Position numbers and translations under genes: made by a program. Below the pieces are notes generated by a model that was given only the letters and a program-made list of their open reading frames with translations, was not told where the DNA came from and ran no database searches. Of a stretch of 64,000 nucleotides of DNA, positions 11,112 through 21,795 are shown piece by piece. Position 1 is the first letter of the stretch. Every line of letters starts with the position of its first letter. Source of the DNA: an uncultured bacterium (GTDB lineage: Bacteria; Verrucomicrobiota; Verrucomicrobiia; Limisphaerales; UBA8199). The stretch covers positions 672,001 through 736,000 of the forward strand of contig CAVVMW010000001.1 of NCBI GenBank assembly GCA_963749495.1, written 5' to 3'.

Positions 11112-11379
11112 TCTCACCAGACGGTTTCGCAGCCGGGTTCGCGCCATGCCAAAGGCGGATCGGCGAGCGGTGGCCCGCACGATCAACGCCTTGCGGGCGG
11201 CGTTGGGCCAGCCCCATCAGCACTCCGGGCTAGGCGTTCGCAAGCTCCACCGCAACTATTTCGAGTGCCGCACCGGTCTTGATCTTCGCCTGGTCTTCCG
11301 CCTCGAGCCCGGGCTGATCACGTTCACGTTCGCCGGCGATCACGACGAAGTGAGGCGATACGCTCTGCGCCAGGTCTAG
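11089..11379 (+). CDS. RelE/ParE-like toxin (start uncertain)
   Basis: HSGLGVRKLHRNYFECRTGLDLRLVF...FAGDHDEV. Overlaps the antitoxin 3' end; no clear start codon. Confidence 0.7.
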   Translation, partial: SKPIFEIDLTRRFRSRVRAMPKADRRAVARTINALRAALGQPHQHSGLGVRKLHRNYFECRTGLDLRLVFRLEPGLITFTFAGDHDEVRRYALRQV

Positions 11380-11563
11380 GAATGAAGTCCGGCGCATCCC
11401 GCCGCTCTTTGATCGAACGCCCCGAGGCGTTCGAATGCCAGAGCGCGGGAATGCCAGCGGCCCCCCACGGCCCTTGCAGCGAAGACGGCCCCAGAACACG
11501 TCGCCACCAGGCACCGCGAGTTTTCAGGTGCGGAGGGCGCCGGGATTTGTTAAGGTGGTTGTG

Positions 11564-12952
11564 ATGGAAGCAGAGAGACACGAGCCGGATTCGGTGAAGT
11601 CCCAAGCGGAGTCCATCAACGGACCTCCGGGCGCGTATTATTTCCTGTCATTGGAAGTTGAGAACGTGCGGTGTTTCAAGGATGCCCAGAAGCTGATCCT
11701 GGCTGACTCGCGAGGGCATCCCAAGCGCTGGACAGTGTTGTTGGGGGATAATGGGCTCGGCAAGACGACTTTGCTGCAGGTGCTGGCTTCATTCCAATCC
11801 AAGCGCGTGGCTTTACAGGCCGGGAGCGCGCCACAGCGGACGCGAGCGGTTTTCTTTCCACGCGGCTACGCCGAGAGCTTCGGTTTCCGGGACCAGTTCC
11901 TGCGTGGGGAGGCGAGGGGTGTGCGGTGCAAGGCGGAACTCTGCCTCGGGGTGAAATTAACCGAGCCTGACGGGGCTAGGCGCAAACTCAGCTTGAGCGT
12001 GGAGATTGAGCTTGGCAGTGCCTATACCTGCTCGCGCATCTTCCCATCCGAGGCAGGTCCTTTTGTCTGCTACGGTTACGGCGCCGGCAGGCGAATGTCG
12101 CCTCGTGCCCTGGCGGAGAGCCGGAGCGAAGACACGTGCAAAACGCTCTTCGATGAAAACGAACCGCTGCTCAACGCTGAGGAGTGGTTGCTCCAGGCTG
12201 ATTACGCGGCGGTGAAATCGGATTCCGACGCGGCAAAAAGGCGGCGGGATCAAATCGAAAGGATTCTGACGCAGGTGCTGCCCGATGTCGAGGAGTTGAG
12301 GATTCGAGCAGGCGGCGACTCCCTGAAATCGCCCGGCGTTGAGGCCAAAACTCCGTTCGGATGGGTCCCGCTGCGGAACCTCAGCTCGGGCTATCGTTCC
12401 CTCATCGCCTGGATTGTCGATCTTGCGAGCCGCCTCTTCGAGGCGTACCCAGACAGCCCCAACCCGCTGGCCGAGCCCGCAGTGGTGCTCGTGGACCAGA
12501 TTGATCTGTTTTTGCACCCGAAATGGCAGTTGAAGTTGATCAATCACCTGGTCAGCCTTTTCCCGAACGCCCAATTCATAGCCTCTGCCCATAGCCCCCT
12601 CATTGTCCAGGCCGCCGAGGACACGAACATCGTCGTGCTGCGCCGCGAGGGGGATCACGTCCTCATCAATAACGACCCGGAACGGGTCAGGGGTTGGCGC
12701 ATCGACCAGGTTCTGACTAGCGACATCTTCGGCCTCAGCAGCACTCGCGACCCTCGGACGGAGGGGTTGCTGGAGGAGAGGCGGTCGCTGCTTTCCAAGC
12801 CGGCATTGACGCCCGGCGAACGCGAACGGTTGAGACAGTTGGATGAGCAGGTCGCCAGCATACCTTTCGTGGAATCGCCCCAGGATGTGGAAGCGATGGA
12901 ATTGATCAGGAAGGCTGCGGAGAAGTTGCGCCGCCCTGCGGAAGTCAAATGA
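11564..12952 (+). CDS. ABC-type (AAA_21-like) ATPase, PtuA/Septu-like
   Basis: LEVENVRCF, Walker A GDNGLGKT, YGYGAGR, signature LSSGY, Walker B VVLVDQID, LHPKWQ, and FIASAHSP. Confidence 0.85.
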   Translation: MEAERHEPDSVKSQAESINGPPGAYYFLSLEVENVRCFKDAQKLILADSRGHPKRWTVLLGDNGLGKTTLLQVLASFQSKRVALQAGSAPQRTRAVFFPRGYAESFGFRDQFLRGEARGVRCKAELCLGVKLTEPDGARRKLSLSVEIELGSAYTCSRIFPSEAGPFVCYGYGAGRRMSPRALAESRSEDTCKTLFDENEPLLNAEEWLLQADYAAVKSDSDAAKRRRDQIERILTQVLPDVEELRIRAGGDSLKSPGVEAKTPFGWVPLRNLSSGYRSLIAWIVDLASRLFEAYPDSPNPLAEPAVVLVDQIDLFLHPKWQLKLINHLVSLFPNAQFIASAHSPLIVQAAEDTNIVVLRREGDHVLINNDPERVRGWRIDQVLTSDIFGLSSTRDPRTEGLLEERRSLLSKPALTPGERERLRQLDEQVASIPFVESPQDVEAMELIRKAAEKLRRPAEVK

Positions 12953-13731
12953 TCCAACTGCGCCGGCAGGCCCAAGCCCCGAATATTCTGGCGGATGCAG
13001 GCGCGGTCCGAACCCGGCAGCTTTGCGATCAATTCGATGCGGACCGCGCCGCATATCAGGGCGCCAGGGCCGGGTTCCAGTTCGACTCGACCATCTACGG
13101 TCATCCCTCCGTCAAGGAGGCACTCAAGCGAATGCAGCACAACAAATGCTGCTTCTGCGAAGCGTACGTCCCTCACATTTCCAGCGGGGACGTGGAACAT
13201 TACAGGCCAAAGGCCGGGTTCCGGCAACAGGAAGACGGTGAGCTTGAGCGGCCGGGTTATTATTGGTTGGCCTACGATTGGGAGAACCTGCTCTTTTGCT
13301 GCGAACTCTGTAACCGGAGGCATAAGCGCAATTTGTTTCCCCTGGCCGATCCCGGACGGCGGGCGCGCAACCACGCGGGCCCCATCGCGCAGGAGTCGCC
13401 GCTTTTCGTGAACCCAGCGGCGGAAGACCCCGCCCAGTCAATTTCATTCCACGACGAGGTGCCATTCCCTGTGGACGGCAGCCCACGGGGTGCCGCCACG
13501 ATCCGGGCCCTCGGTCTGGACCGGCGGGAGCTGAGCGAGGACCGTTTGGAGCATCTCCAACGCATAAGACTGGTCATCAAGCTGGCGCTGCTATCGCCGG
13601 ATACCGCCGATGGGAGGCAGGCGCGAAGTTTGGTGGAACGGGCTTGTAGCGATGGAGGCGAGTATGCGGCAATGGTGCGCGCGGAGTTGGCGCGAAACCC
13701 TCCCGCCTTCTTGGCGCAAGCTCGAACGTGA
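12949..13731 (+). CDS. HNH endonuclease, PtuB-like
   Basis: KCCFCE...DVEHYRPK...YWLAYDWENLLFCCELCNRRHKRNLFP. ATGA overlap with the ATPase gene. Confidence 0.85.
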   Translation: MIQLRRQAQAPNILADAGAVRTRQLCDQFDADRAAYQGARAGFQFDSTIYGHPSVKEALKRMQHNKCCFCEAYVPHISSGDVEHYRPKAGFRQQEDGELERPGYYWLAYDWENLLFCCELCNRRHKRNLFPLADPGRRARNHAGPIAQESPLFVNPAAEDPAQSISFHDEVPFPVDGSPRGAATIRALGLDRRELSEDRLEHLQRIRLVIKLALLSPDTADGRQARSLVERACSDGGEYAAMVRAELARNPPAFLAQART

Positions 13732-13859
13732 GTCCGCTGCGCGACTTCGGGCGCGTGTCTTTTCCATGGGCCGGCTTGCCTGGGGGGCGGGGTTGGGTAT
13801 GATGCTGCAGATGGGTGGGATTGCACGGTTGAGCTCTCGGCAAGGCGGGCCTTCGATGC

Positions 13860-14011
13860 CAACCGGTTTCTCACGGAGTTGGCCGGCCAGGGACAGGAGC
13901 GGCTCAGAGCGCAGCGGGCGGAGGTGGCCCATCTGAAGATGACGCTCAGCCCCGATGGCGGCCTGAATGAGATCGGGGCGATTAGCCTGGTGCGCAACGA
14001 CTTCGTGCCCG
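13860..14011 (+). pseudogene. Orphan coding fragment, possibly the C-terminal region of a CobW/G3E-like GTPase
   Basis: AEVAHLKMTLSPDGGLNEIGAISLVRNDFVP reads as a protein segment in frame with, but unrelated to, the downstream WXG100-like gene. Family assignment is from recall only. Confidence 0.35.
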
Positions 14012-14058
14012 TTCCAAAAGCATTGCAACCCGCTCAAAAAAGATGCACCCTGCACAGC

Positions 14059-14331
14059 ATGGCGCAGGCAATCATGGATCCGGAGCAGGTGCGGCGTTTT
14101 GCCGAGGAGTTGAAGCGGTTCAACGCGGACCTGCAGGACAAGATCGTGTCGCTGCAGACGCGGTTTGCGGCCCTCGGGGACACGTGGCAAGACCAGGAGC
14201 ACCTCAAGTTTGCGGAGGAGTTCAAGCAGATCATGAAGGCGCTCAAGAAGTTCGTAGAGGTCTCCAACCAGCAGACGCCTTACCTGTTGCGCAAGGCGCA
14301 GCGGATCGAGGAGTACCTGAACCAGCGCTAG
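14059..14331 (+). CDS. WXG100/ESAT-6-like protein (W-x-D variant, HP0062-like)
   Basis: 90 aa helix-turn-helix: MDPEQVRRFAEELKRF...LGDTWQDQEHLKF...IEEYL. Confidence 0.85.
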   Translation: MAQAIMDPEQVRRFAEELKRFNADLQDKIVSLQTRFAALGDTWQDQEHLKFAEEFKQIMKALKKFVEVSNQQTPYLLRKAQRIEEYLNQR

Positions 14332-14335
14332 GGCC

Positions 14336-14869
14336 ATGAGCCAGCGAGCCAATGTCAGCGCCGTGGACGCCCTGGAGGCCTTTCGGGCCGAGCTGGTCCT
14401 CTACATCAACAAGGCGCGGCCCACACTGGAGGAGGTCAGCGCCGAGGTGCTGCGGACGCGCTCCTGGCTGGAAAACGAGCAACGGACGCGCTGGGAAAAT
14501 CAGTTGCGGCTCCGCGCCCGCGAACTCCAGGAGGCCCAGGAGGCGCTCTTCAGCGCCCGGATGTCGAACCTGCGCAAGGAGACCGCCGCCGAGGTCAATG
14601 CCTTCCACCGGGCCAAACGCGCCCGCGACGAGGCCGAGAGCAAATTGCGAACGGTCAAGCAATGGACGCGCGAGTTCGACAACCGCGTGCAGCCCCTGGT
14701 CAAACAGACCGAGAAACTGCACACGATCCTGGCCAACGACCTGGTCAAGGCCATGGCCTATCTGGTCCAGGCAGTCGGCACGCTGGAGGATTATGCGCAC
14801 ACACCCCCGCCCGCCGCCGCCCCGGCGCCCCTAAGCGGCCCTGCCGGCGCGCCGGGGGCCGCCTCCTGA
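14336..14869 (+). CDS. All-helical coiled-coil protein of the WXG100 operon
   Basis: 177 aa, helical, with an ANVSAVDALEAFR N-terminus and a Pro/Ala tail. Lies 4 nt after the first WXG gene. Confidence 0.75.
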   Translation: MSQRANVSAVDALEAFRAELVLYINKARPTLEEVSAEVLRTRSWLENEQRTRWENQLRLRARELQEAQEALFSARMSNLRKETAAEVNAFHRAKRARDEAESKLRTVKQWTREFDNRVQPLVKQTEKLHTILANDLVKAMAYLVQAVGTLEDYAHTPPPAAAPAPLSGPAGAPGAAS

Positions 14870-14884
14870 AGCAGCCCACCACGG

Positions 14885-15091
14885 ATGAACGCCAACTCCA
14901 CCCGACTCACCGGCGTCACCAAGGATCTGTGGGCTCACTGGCAGCAAACCAAGGCCGACTGGAGAGATTCCAAGTCCAAGGAATTCGAGGACAAATACCT
15001 GGCCGAGCTGTTTGCCAGCGTTGACAAAACGGTAGGCGTCATCGAACAGTTGGATAAGCTTCTTCAGAAGATCAGGAAGGACTGTGAATAA
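14885..15091 (+). CDS. Small WXG100-like protein (WRD motif)
   Basis: 68 aa: LWAHWQQTKADWRDSKSKEFEDKYL. Confidence 0.7.
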   Translation: MNANSTRLTGVTKDLWAHWQQTKADWRDSKSKEFEDKYLAELFASVDKTVGVIEQLDKLLQKIRKDCE

Positions 15092-18000
15092 CAACCCCGG
15101 ACCGGGCAAGGCGCTCGAAGCTCCTGGACAACCTCAAAGGCGTGGTCCGGGACCTGACCGCCAGGGCGAACAAGCTCCACGATGACTTGCGCACGCGGCT
15201 CACCCGTGAGAAGGCGCGGCGCGCGGCGGCCCTCGAGGACCTCGCCCGCCACACCGCCGAGGCCCGCGTGCAGGCCGAGACCGAGTCCGCCGCCGCCCGG
15301 AACTCCACCCGGCTCAACTACGAGCACCGCAAGGTGCGCATCGGCAAGGCCTGCCAGTCCAGCAAGGAAAAGGGACTCGCGAAGATCGAGGACCAGACCG
15401 GCGCCCGAAAATACGAATTCCAGAAGACCATGCTCCAGGCCGAGCACGACCGGGAATCGGGCCTGGCGGCCAACGCCAAACGGTTCGAGGAATTCAAGGC
15501 GGCCTTGGCCGCGGAGGCGCAGACGCTCTCCGGCCTCGAGCAGGGCGCGCAACGGGGCTTCAGGGGCTACTGGGGTTTCCGGCGCCTCTTTGCGGGCGCC
15601 TACCAAAAGGTCCAGGCCGACCTCGCGCCGCACGAGGACGCGCTCCTCGAGCAACTCCGCCAGTCGTCGGCCAAAGCCGCCGGCCACCTCAAGCGCTTCC
15701 GCTGGCGTCTGCTGCTCCACCTGTTCCGGTATTGGCCACTCTGGCTGTTGGCGGCGCTCTGCCCGGCGCCGCTCGTGCTGCTGCTCCGGCACCTGGGCCT
15801 AAGCTCCATCCCTTACCCCAATGCCGCCGAGGCCGGCGCCGCCGCTTTTGTGGTCCTCTTTGCCCTCCGCCACCTGGCCGCACGCCGGGCGCGCCCTCTG
15901 GCCGCTTCCCTGGCCGGCGCCCTGGCCACCGCCCGCTTGCTCCACAACGCCGCCCGGCAAAAGGCCGAGGCCCATTTCCAGCAGGAACTCCAGCGCCTCC
16001 AGGACCAATACCAGAATACCCTCCAGGGCGTCGACCAGCAGTTGAAGCAGGTCCTGGCCAAGGCCGGCGAGAGCCGCGTCTCCTGCCGGCTGCGGCTGGA
16101 CGAAAAGACGGTGCGTGCCTCCGCCGCGCTCGAGCGTCTCCACGCCTTGCACGTGGAACGGTTGGCGCAGCGGCAAGCCCAGGCCACCGAACGGCTCGAC
16201 CGCGAGGCGGAGGCCCAACGCCGCGCCCTCCTGGCCGCCAGCGACCAGCGGGACAAACAACACCAGGCCGACTACGAGAGCGCATGGACAGGGCTGGCCG
16301 CCGAGTGGCAGGGCCGCCTGCAGCCACTCTATGCCGCCTTCGACGGCATCAACGCCTTTTCCAGCAGGGTCTTTCCACCGTGGACGGACCCGGTCTGGAA
16401 GCACTGGGCTGCCCCGGACAAATTCTCCGGCGCTGCCAGGTTCGGGCGCCTGGCGGTCGATGTCGCCCGGCTCTGCGAGGGCCTGCCCAAGGACCCCCGC
16501 CTGGCCTTGCCCGGGCCCGACCGCTTTGACCTGGCGCTCTGCCTGGCCTACCCGGAGCAGGGCTCCATCCTCTTCGAGACCGCCGAGACCGGCCACGACA
16601 ATGCCATCGGCGCCCTCAACGGCATCATCTTGCGATTGCTGGCCACCGCCCCGCCCGGCCGGCTCAACTTTTCCATCATCGACCCGGTGGGCCTGGGACA
16701 AAACTTCGCCGGCGTGATGCACCTGGCCGACTATGAAGAAGCAGATCATCAACAGCCGCATCTGGACCCAAAGCGGCCAGATCGAGCAGCGCCTGGCCGA
16801 CCTCAACGAGCACATGGAGAAGGTCATCCAGATGTACCTGCGCAATGAATACGCCACCATCGCCCAATACAACGAGGAGGCGGGCGTCATTGCCGAGAAG
16901 TATTATTTCCTGGTCGTGGCCGATTTCCCGGCCAACTTCACCGATACCGCCGTCAAACGTCTGCTGAGCATCGCCTCGAGCGGGCCCGGTGCGGGGTCTC
17001 CACCCTCATCCACTGGGACCGCCGCCAGCCCCTGCCCCAGGACTTTGTCCCGGACGACCTCAGAAAGAGCAGTTTCTGCGTCGGGTGCAAGGCCGGGGAC
17101 TTCGTCGTGGCAGCCAACCCGCCGGCGGGCCTTGCCCTGTCCATCGACGCCCCGCCGCCGCCCGAGCTGGCCATCGATCTCGTCCACCAGATTGGCGCCA
17201 AGAGCCGGGACTCCAGCCGCGTCGAGGTGCCCTTTTCCCACGTGGCCCCGCCCGAGGACCAGATCTGGAGCCTGGACACCACGGCCGAGTTGCGCGTGCC
17301 CATCGGGCGCACCGGCGCGACCAAGCTCCAGTACCTGGCCATCGGCAAGGGCACTCGCCAGCACGGCCTCATTGCCGGCAAAACCGGCTCCGGCAAGTCC
17401 ACCCTCTTCCACGTCATCATCACCAACCTCGCCCTCTGGTACAGCCCCTCGCAGGTCGAGTTCTACCTCGTGGACTTCAAGAAAGGCGTCGAATTCAAGT
17501 GCTACGCCGCCCGTCGCCTGCCCCATGCCCGCGTCGTCGCCATCGAGAGCGACCGCGAATTCGGCCTGAGCGTGCTCCAGCGCGTGGATGAGGAGCTCAA
17601 ACGCCGCGGCGACTTGTTCCGCGCCCTGGGCGTCCAGGACATCGCCGGCTACAAGCGCGCCGGCGGCGCCGAACCGGTCCCGCGCTGCCTGCTCCTTATC
17701 GATGAATTCCAGGAGTTCTTCGTCGAGGATGACAAGATCGCCCAGACCGCCTCGCTGCTGCTGGACCGCATCGTGCGCCAGGGCCGCGCCTTTGGCATCC
17801 ACGTCCTGCTCGGCTCCCAGACCCTGGGCGGGGCCTACACGGTCGCGCGGACCACGCTGGGCCAGATGGTCATCCGCATTGCCCTCCAGTGCAACGAGGC
17901 CGATGCCTACCTCATCATGGACGACAATAACCCCGCTCCCCGCCTGCTCTCGCGCCCGGGCGAGGGCATCTACAACGATTCGGCCGGTCTGCTCCAGGGC

Positions 18001-18996
18001 AACAGCCCCTTCCAGGTCGTCTGGCTGCCCGATGACGTCCGCGAGACCGCCTTGGCCAAGATCCGCGCCCGCGCCGACCAGGACCCCCGCCCCTGGCCGG
18101 CGCCGATCGTCTTCGAAGGCAATGCCCCGGCCAACGTGCGGGACAATCCTCTGCTCCAGGGCCTGCTCGACGCCCAGTCTCCCCAGCCGCCCATCGCCCC
18201 CCGCCTCTGGCTCGGCGCCCCAAACTCGATCAAAGGACCCACCGAAGCCGCCTTCTACCGGCAGAGCGGCAACAACTTGCTCCTGGTGGGCCAGCGTGAA
18301 GAGGCGGTCCTGGCCATCCTCTCCATCGGCCTCATCACCCTGGCCGCGCAATATCCACTGGGCGCCGCCCGCTTTATCCTGTGCGACGGCACCCCTCCCG
18401 GCTCGCCCCAACGCGACTTCATCGAGCGCGTCCTCAAGGCCATCCCCCACCCCGTCACCGTGGCCAAGCCGGGCGATCTGGCCGACCTGATGGGCGGCCT
18501 GGCCGCGGAGATGAAAAAGCGCGCCGAGGAACCGAACTCCGAGGCCGCGCCGCCGGTCTTCCTCATCATTCACGCGCTCCAAAAGTACAGCCGTCTGCGC
18601 TATGAGGAGGACTTCAGTTTCTCCTCCGACGCCCAGGGGGCGCCCAACCCCGCCGCGGTGCTCAACAGCCTCCTGTGCGAGGGCACACGGCTCGGTTTCC
18701 ATGTCGTCGCCTCCTGCGACACCGCCAACAACGTGAACCGGTTCCTGAGCCGCAAGGCCCTGAGCGAATTCGAGATGCGCGTCCTCTTCCAGATGAGCGC
18801 CAACGATTCCGCCACGCTCATCGATAGCCCAAAGGCCAGCCTCCTGGGCCTCCATCGCGCCCTCTTCTTCAACGAGCATGAGGGCTACCTGGAAACCTTC
18901 CGCCCCTACGCCCTGCCCGCCGGCGAGTGGATCGAAGCCGCCGCCCGCAGCCTCGCCCGCCTGCACCATCCGCCCGACCCGCGCTCCAGCCCTTAA
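15084..18996 (+). CDS. Membrane FtsK/SpoIIIE ATPase (EccC/EssC-like), frameshifted, start uncertain
   Basis: Coiled coil, two hydrophobic segments, coiled coil, a degenerate domain (LNFSIIDPVGLG), an intact domain (GKTGSGKS, LVDFKKG, LLIDEFQ) and a third degenerate domain. Pieces in ORFs 15142-16848, 16733-17569 and 17107-18996. Confidence 0.85.
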
Positions 18997-19144
18997 GAAG
19001 CGTTGGCAAAACTAACCTGGAGGTTCCGATGCCAGACCTTTGTCGCGACCTTTGTCGGAGCCTTTGTCGAAGTGTAACTAAAATCCCGGAAATTCAGATA
19101 GGAACCGGCACGGAGCCGATCGATGCCGCCGCGTCAGGCCGCCT

Positions 19145-19232
19145 CTTCGTTTCCTTGGTTTCCTTCTGTTCTGTTCCTGTGCCCAGCCGGCGGGATGCAG
19201 GAAAAGAACAGAAGGAAACCAAGGAAACGAAG
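19145..19232. repeat. 28-bp perfect inverted repeat downstream of the FtsK operon
   Basis: cttcgtttccttggtttccttctgttct ... agaacagaaggaaaccaaggaaacgaag. Confidence 0.75.
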
Positions 19233-19307
19233 GATTGAAGACCCTGATCGGGCTTCTGCCAATGCATTGGGACCGTGAACCGGTCAGGGGCCCTGAGGCT
19301 GCGAAGC

Positions 19308-19393
19308 GTTTTGGACTGCGGCAGTCCTCTGCCGCTTTCGCGTTCCCAGAACCAGGGACTGAAAAGCGGCAGAGGACTGCCGCAGTCCAAAAC
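19308..19393. repeat. Palindromic element, family B (second copy)
   Basis: gttttggactgcggcagtcctctgccgcttt...aaagcggcagaggactgccgcagtccaaaac. Confidence 0.85.
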
Positions 19394-19516
19394 CTCGCGG
19401 GCCTCCTCACGGGTTCATGGAGAGGGGTCAGCCCGCCGAGTTGTTCCCGTCTTGACTGAGGCCTTATGCCCAAAGTCTTGTCCAAGTCCACTTGTTTGAG
19501 GCATAGTAAGGGGAAG

Positions 19517-20296
19517 ATGCGTTTGCTTTTCATCGCGGACATCGTGGGGCAGCCGGGGCGGCGCGCGGTCAAGGAGGTGGTCCCCCGGTTGCGGCAGCAG
19601 CACGGCCTGGACCTGGTGGTCGCCAACGGCGAGAACTCGGCCGGCGGCTCGGGCATCACGGCCGGGACGGCCGAGGAGATCTTCTCCAGCGGCGTCGATA
19701 TCATCACCAGCGGCGACCATTTGTGGGACCAGAAAGAGGTGGTCGGGCTGTTAGAACACGAGCCCCGGTTCGTGCGGCCGCTCAATTACCCCCCGGACGT
19801 TCCAGGCCACGGGAGCACGCTCTTTCAAGCCCAGGGCCTGCCGGCCGTTGCGGTCCTGAACCTCCAGGGACGCACGTTCATGCCCCCGCTGGAAAGCCCT
19901 TTCCAGCATGCCCTGGCCGAGGTCGAGCGCCTGCGCCGCCAGACCCGGCTCATCCTGGTGGATTTCCACGCCGAGGCCACCTCGGAAAAGGTCGCCCTGG
20001 GGCGCCTCCTCGACGGCCAGGTCAGCGCCGTCATCGGCACGCACACCCACGTCCAGACGGCCGACGAGCAGATCTTTCCCGGCGGCACCGCCTTCCTGTG
20101 CGACGCCGGCTTCACCGGCCCCCACGAAAGCGTCATCGGGCGCGAAATCGCCCCCATCCTCCGCCGCTTCCTGACCAATATGCCCCAGAAGTTCGACATC
20201 GCCAAGGGACGCGTGCTGCTCCAGGGCGCCATCGTGGAGATCGACAATGACACCGGAAAAGCCCTGCGCATCACGCGCGTCTCGGAGCCGGCATGA
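19517..20296 (+). CDS. ymdB: YmdB/TIGR00282 metallophosphoesterase
   Basis: LFIADIVG, ANGENSAGG, TSGDH, VDFHAEATSEK, GTHTHVQTAD. Confidence 0.92.
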   Translation: MRLLFIADIVGQPGRRAVKEVVPRLRQQHGLDLVVANGENSAGGSGITAGTAEEIFSSGVDIITSGDHLWDQKEVVGLLEHEPRFVRPLNYPPDVPGHGSTLFQAQGLPAVAVLNLQGRTFMPPLESPFQHALAEVERLRRQTRLILVDFHAEATSEKVALGRLLDGQVSAVIGTHTHVQTADEQIFPGGTAFLCDAGFTGPHESVIGREIAPILRRFLTNMPQKFDIAKGRVLLQGAIVEIDNDTGKALRITRVSEPA

Positions 20297-21702
20297 CCAA
20301 ACCCGTTAAATCGCAGTGGGACTTCGGCGACCTGTTCCCCCGGGAACAGGCCCGCAAGGCATTGTCCGTCTCGGAGCTGACCTTGCAGATCAAGCGCCTG
20401 CTGGAGGCGCAGGTGGGCCGGGTCTGGGTGACGGGTGAGATCACCAACTTGCGCTGCCAAAGCTCCGGCCACATCTATTTCACGCTCAAGGACCCCGGGG
20501 CGCAGTTGAACTGCGTGCTGTTCCGGGGAGAACTCAAGGTGGACCGCTCGCTTCTGCAGGACGGGCGCAAGGTGACCTTGCAAGGCGAGCTCACCGTGTA
20601 TGAGCCGCGCGGCCAATACCAGTTGCGGGTGACGGCGGTCGAGTTGCAGGGCCTGGGCGCGTTGCAGGCGGCCTTCGATAAGCTCAAACAGAAGCTCAAT
20701 GCCGAGGGGCTCTTCGCGCCGGAACGAAAGCGGCCCCTGCCCCGTTACCCGCAGCGCATCGGCCTGGTCACCTCCCCTACCGGCGCGGCCATCCGCAACG
20801 TGCTGCACGTAGTTGCCAGGCGCAACCCGGCCCTTGAACTCATCCTGGCCCCTTGCCGCGTCCAGGGCGAGGGAGCGGCGGCGGAGATTGCCGCCGCCAT
20901 CCGCCTCCTCAACCAGTTCCACAGTCCCCGATTGCCCCTGGATCTCATCCTGGTCACCCGCGGCGGCGGCAGCCTCGAAGACCTCTGGGCCTTCAACGAG
21001 GAGGCCGTGGCCCGCGCCATCTTCGATTCCGCTCTGCCGGTCGTCTCGGCGGTCGGCCACGAAATCGACTTCACCATCGCCGATTTTGTGGCGGACGTCA
21101 GGGCGGCCACGCCGAGCGCCGCGGCGGAGATCCTCACCGAAGGGGTCTTTTCAAGCTGCCAGTTTCTTGCCGAGGCGCCCGGCCGGCTCGGGCAATTAGT
21201 CCGCCAGCAGACGGCGGACAAGGCACGCGCGCTGTCGCTGGTTTGGCAGCGCCTGGCTCGGGTGCATCCCCGGCGGCGCCTGGACGAGCGGCTCCAGCGA
21301 TTGGACGAGTTGCAGGGCAGCCTGCTGCGCTGCGCCAGGCAGGGGGTCCGACAGCAGGGTGTGGCGTGGCAGAACCTCTCGGACCGGCTGGCCCGGGTTC
21401 GCCCGGCGCTGCTGTTCAAGCAGCGGGCAGAGGCCCTGCGCCTGGCCGGGCACCGTCTGCGGGAGCAGGCCCATCAGCGCCTCCGCCAATCCGGCGACCG
21501 CCTCGATGCCGTGGCGGCGCGCTTGCGGTTGCTTGGCCCCGAGCAGGTGCTGGCGCGCGGTTATTCGATCACCATGGATGCCCCCACCGGCGCCGTCCTC
21601 CGCGCCGCCGCCGCCGCCCAGCCCGGCCAACGGTTGAGGACCCGGCTCAAGACCGGCGAGATCGGCAGCATCGTGGAAGCCCGGCCGGGCCGACGCGCCT
21701 GA
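20293..21702 (+). CDS. xseA: Exodeoxyribonuclease VII large subunit
   Basis: VWVTGEI, SGHIYFTLKD, RGGGSLEDLWAFNEE, SAVGHEIDFT, AATPSAAAE. Confidence 0.96.
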   Translation: MTKPVKSQWDFGDLFPREQARKALSVSELTLQIKRLLEAQVGRVWVTGEITNLRCQSSGHIYFTLKDPGAQLNCVLFRGELKVDRSLLQDGRKVTLQGELTVYEPRGQYQLRVTAVELQGLGALQAAFDKLKQKLNAEGLFAPERKRPLPRYPQRIGLVTSPTGAAIRNVLHVVARRNPALELILAPCRVQGEGAAAEIAAAIRLLNQFHSPRLPLDLILVTRGGGSLEDLWAFNEEAVARAIFDSALPVVSAVGHEIDFTIADFVADVRAATPSAAAEILTEGVFSSCQFLAEAPGRLGQLVRQQTADKARALSLVWQRLARVHPRRRLDERLQRLDELQGSLLRCARQGVRQQGVAWQNLSDRLARVRPALLFKQRAEALRLAGHRLREQAHQRLRQSGDRLDAVAARLRLLGPEQVLARGYSITMDAPTGAVLRAAAAAQPGQRLRTRLKTGEIGSIVEARPGRRA

Positions 21703-21795
21703 ACCGTCCGACCCATCCGACCCGTGCGGGATTTGGGGGCGGTGTCCGGTTGCGCCTAAGGGTCTGGGTAACGCTACACCAAGCGCGTTGTGAAC

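Noticed and set aside
11380..11563. Possible retron msr-msd upstream of the PtuA-like ATPase
   Set aside because: No reverse transcriptase in the window and no convincing a1/a2 inverted repeat seen.
13879..14058. N-terminal extension of the WXG100-like protein as called in the ORF track
   Set aside because: The WXG100-like pattern begins at the ATG at 14059. The upstream part looks like an unrelated gene remnant.
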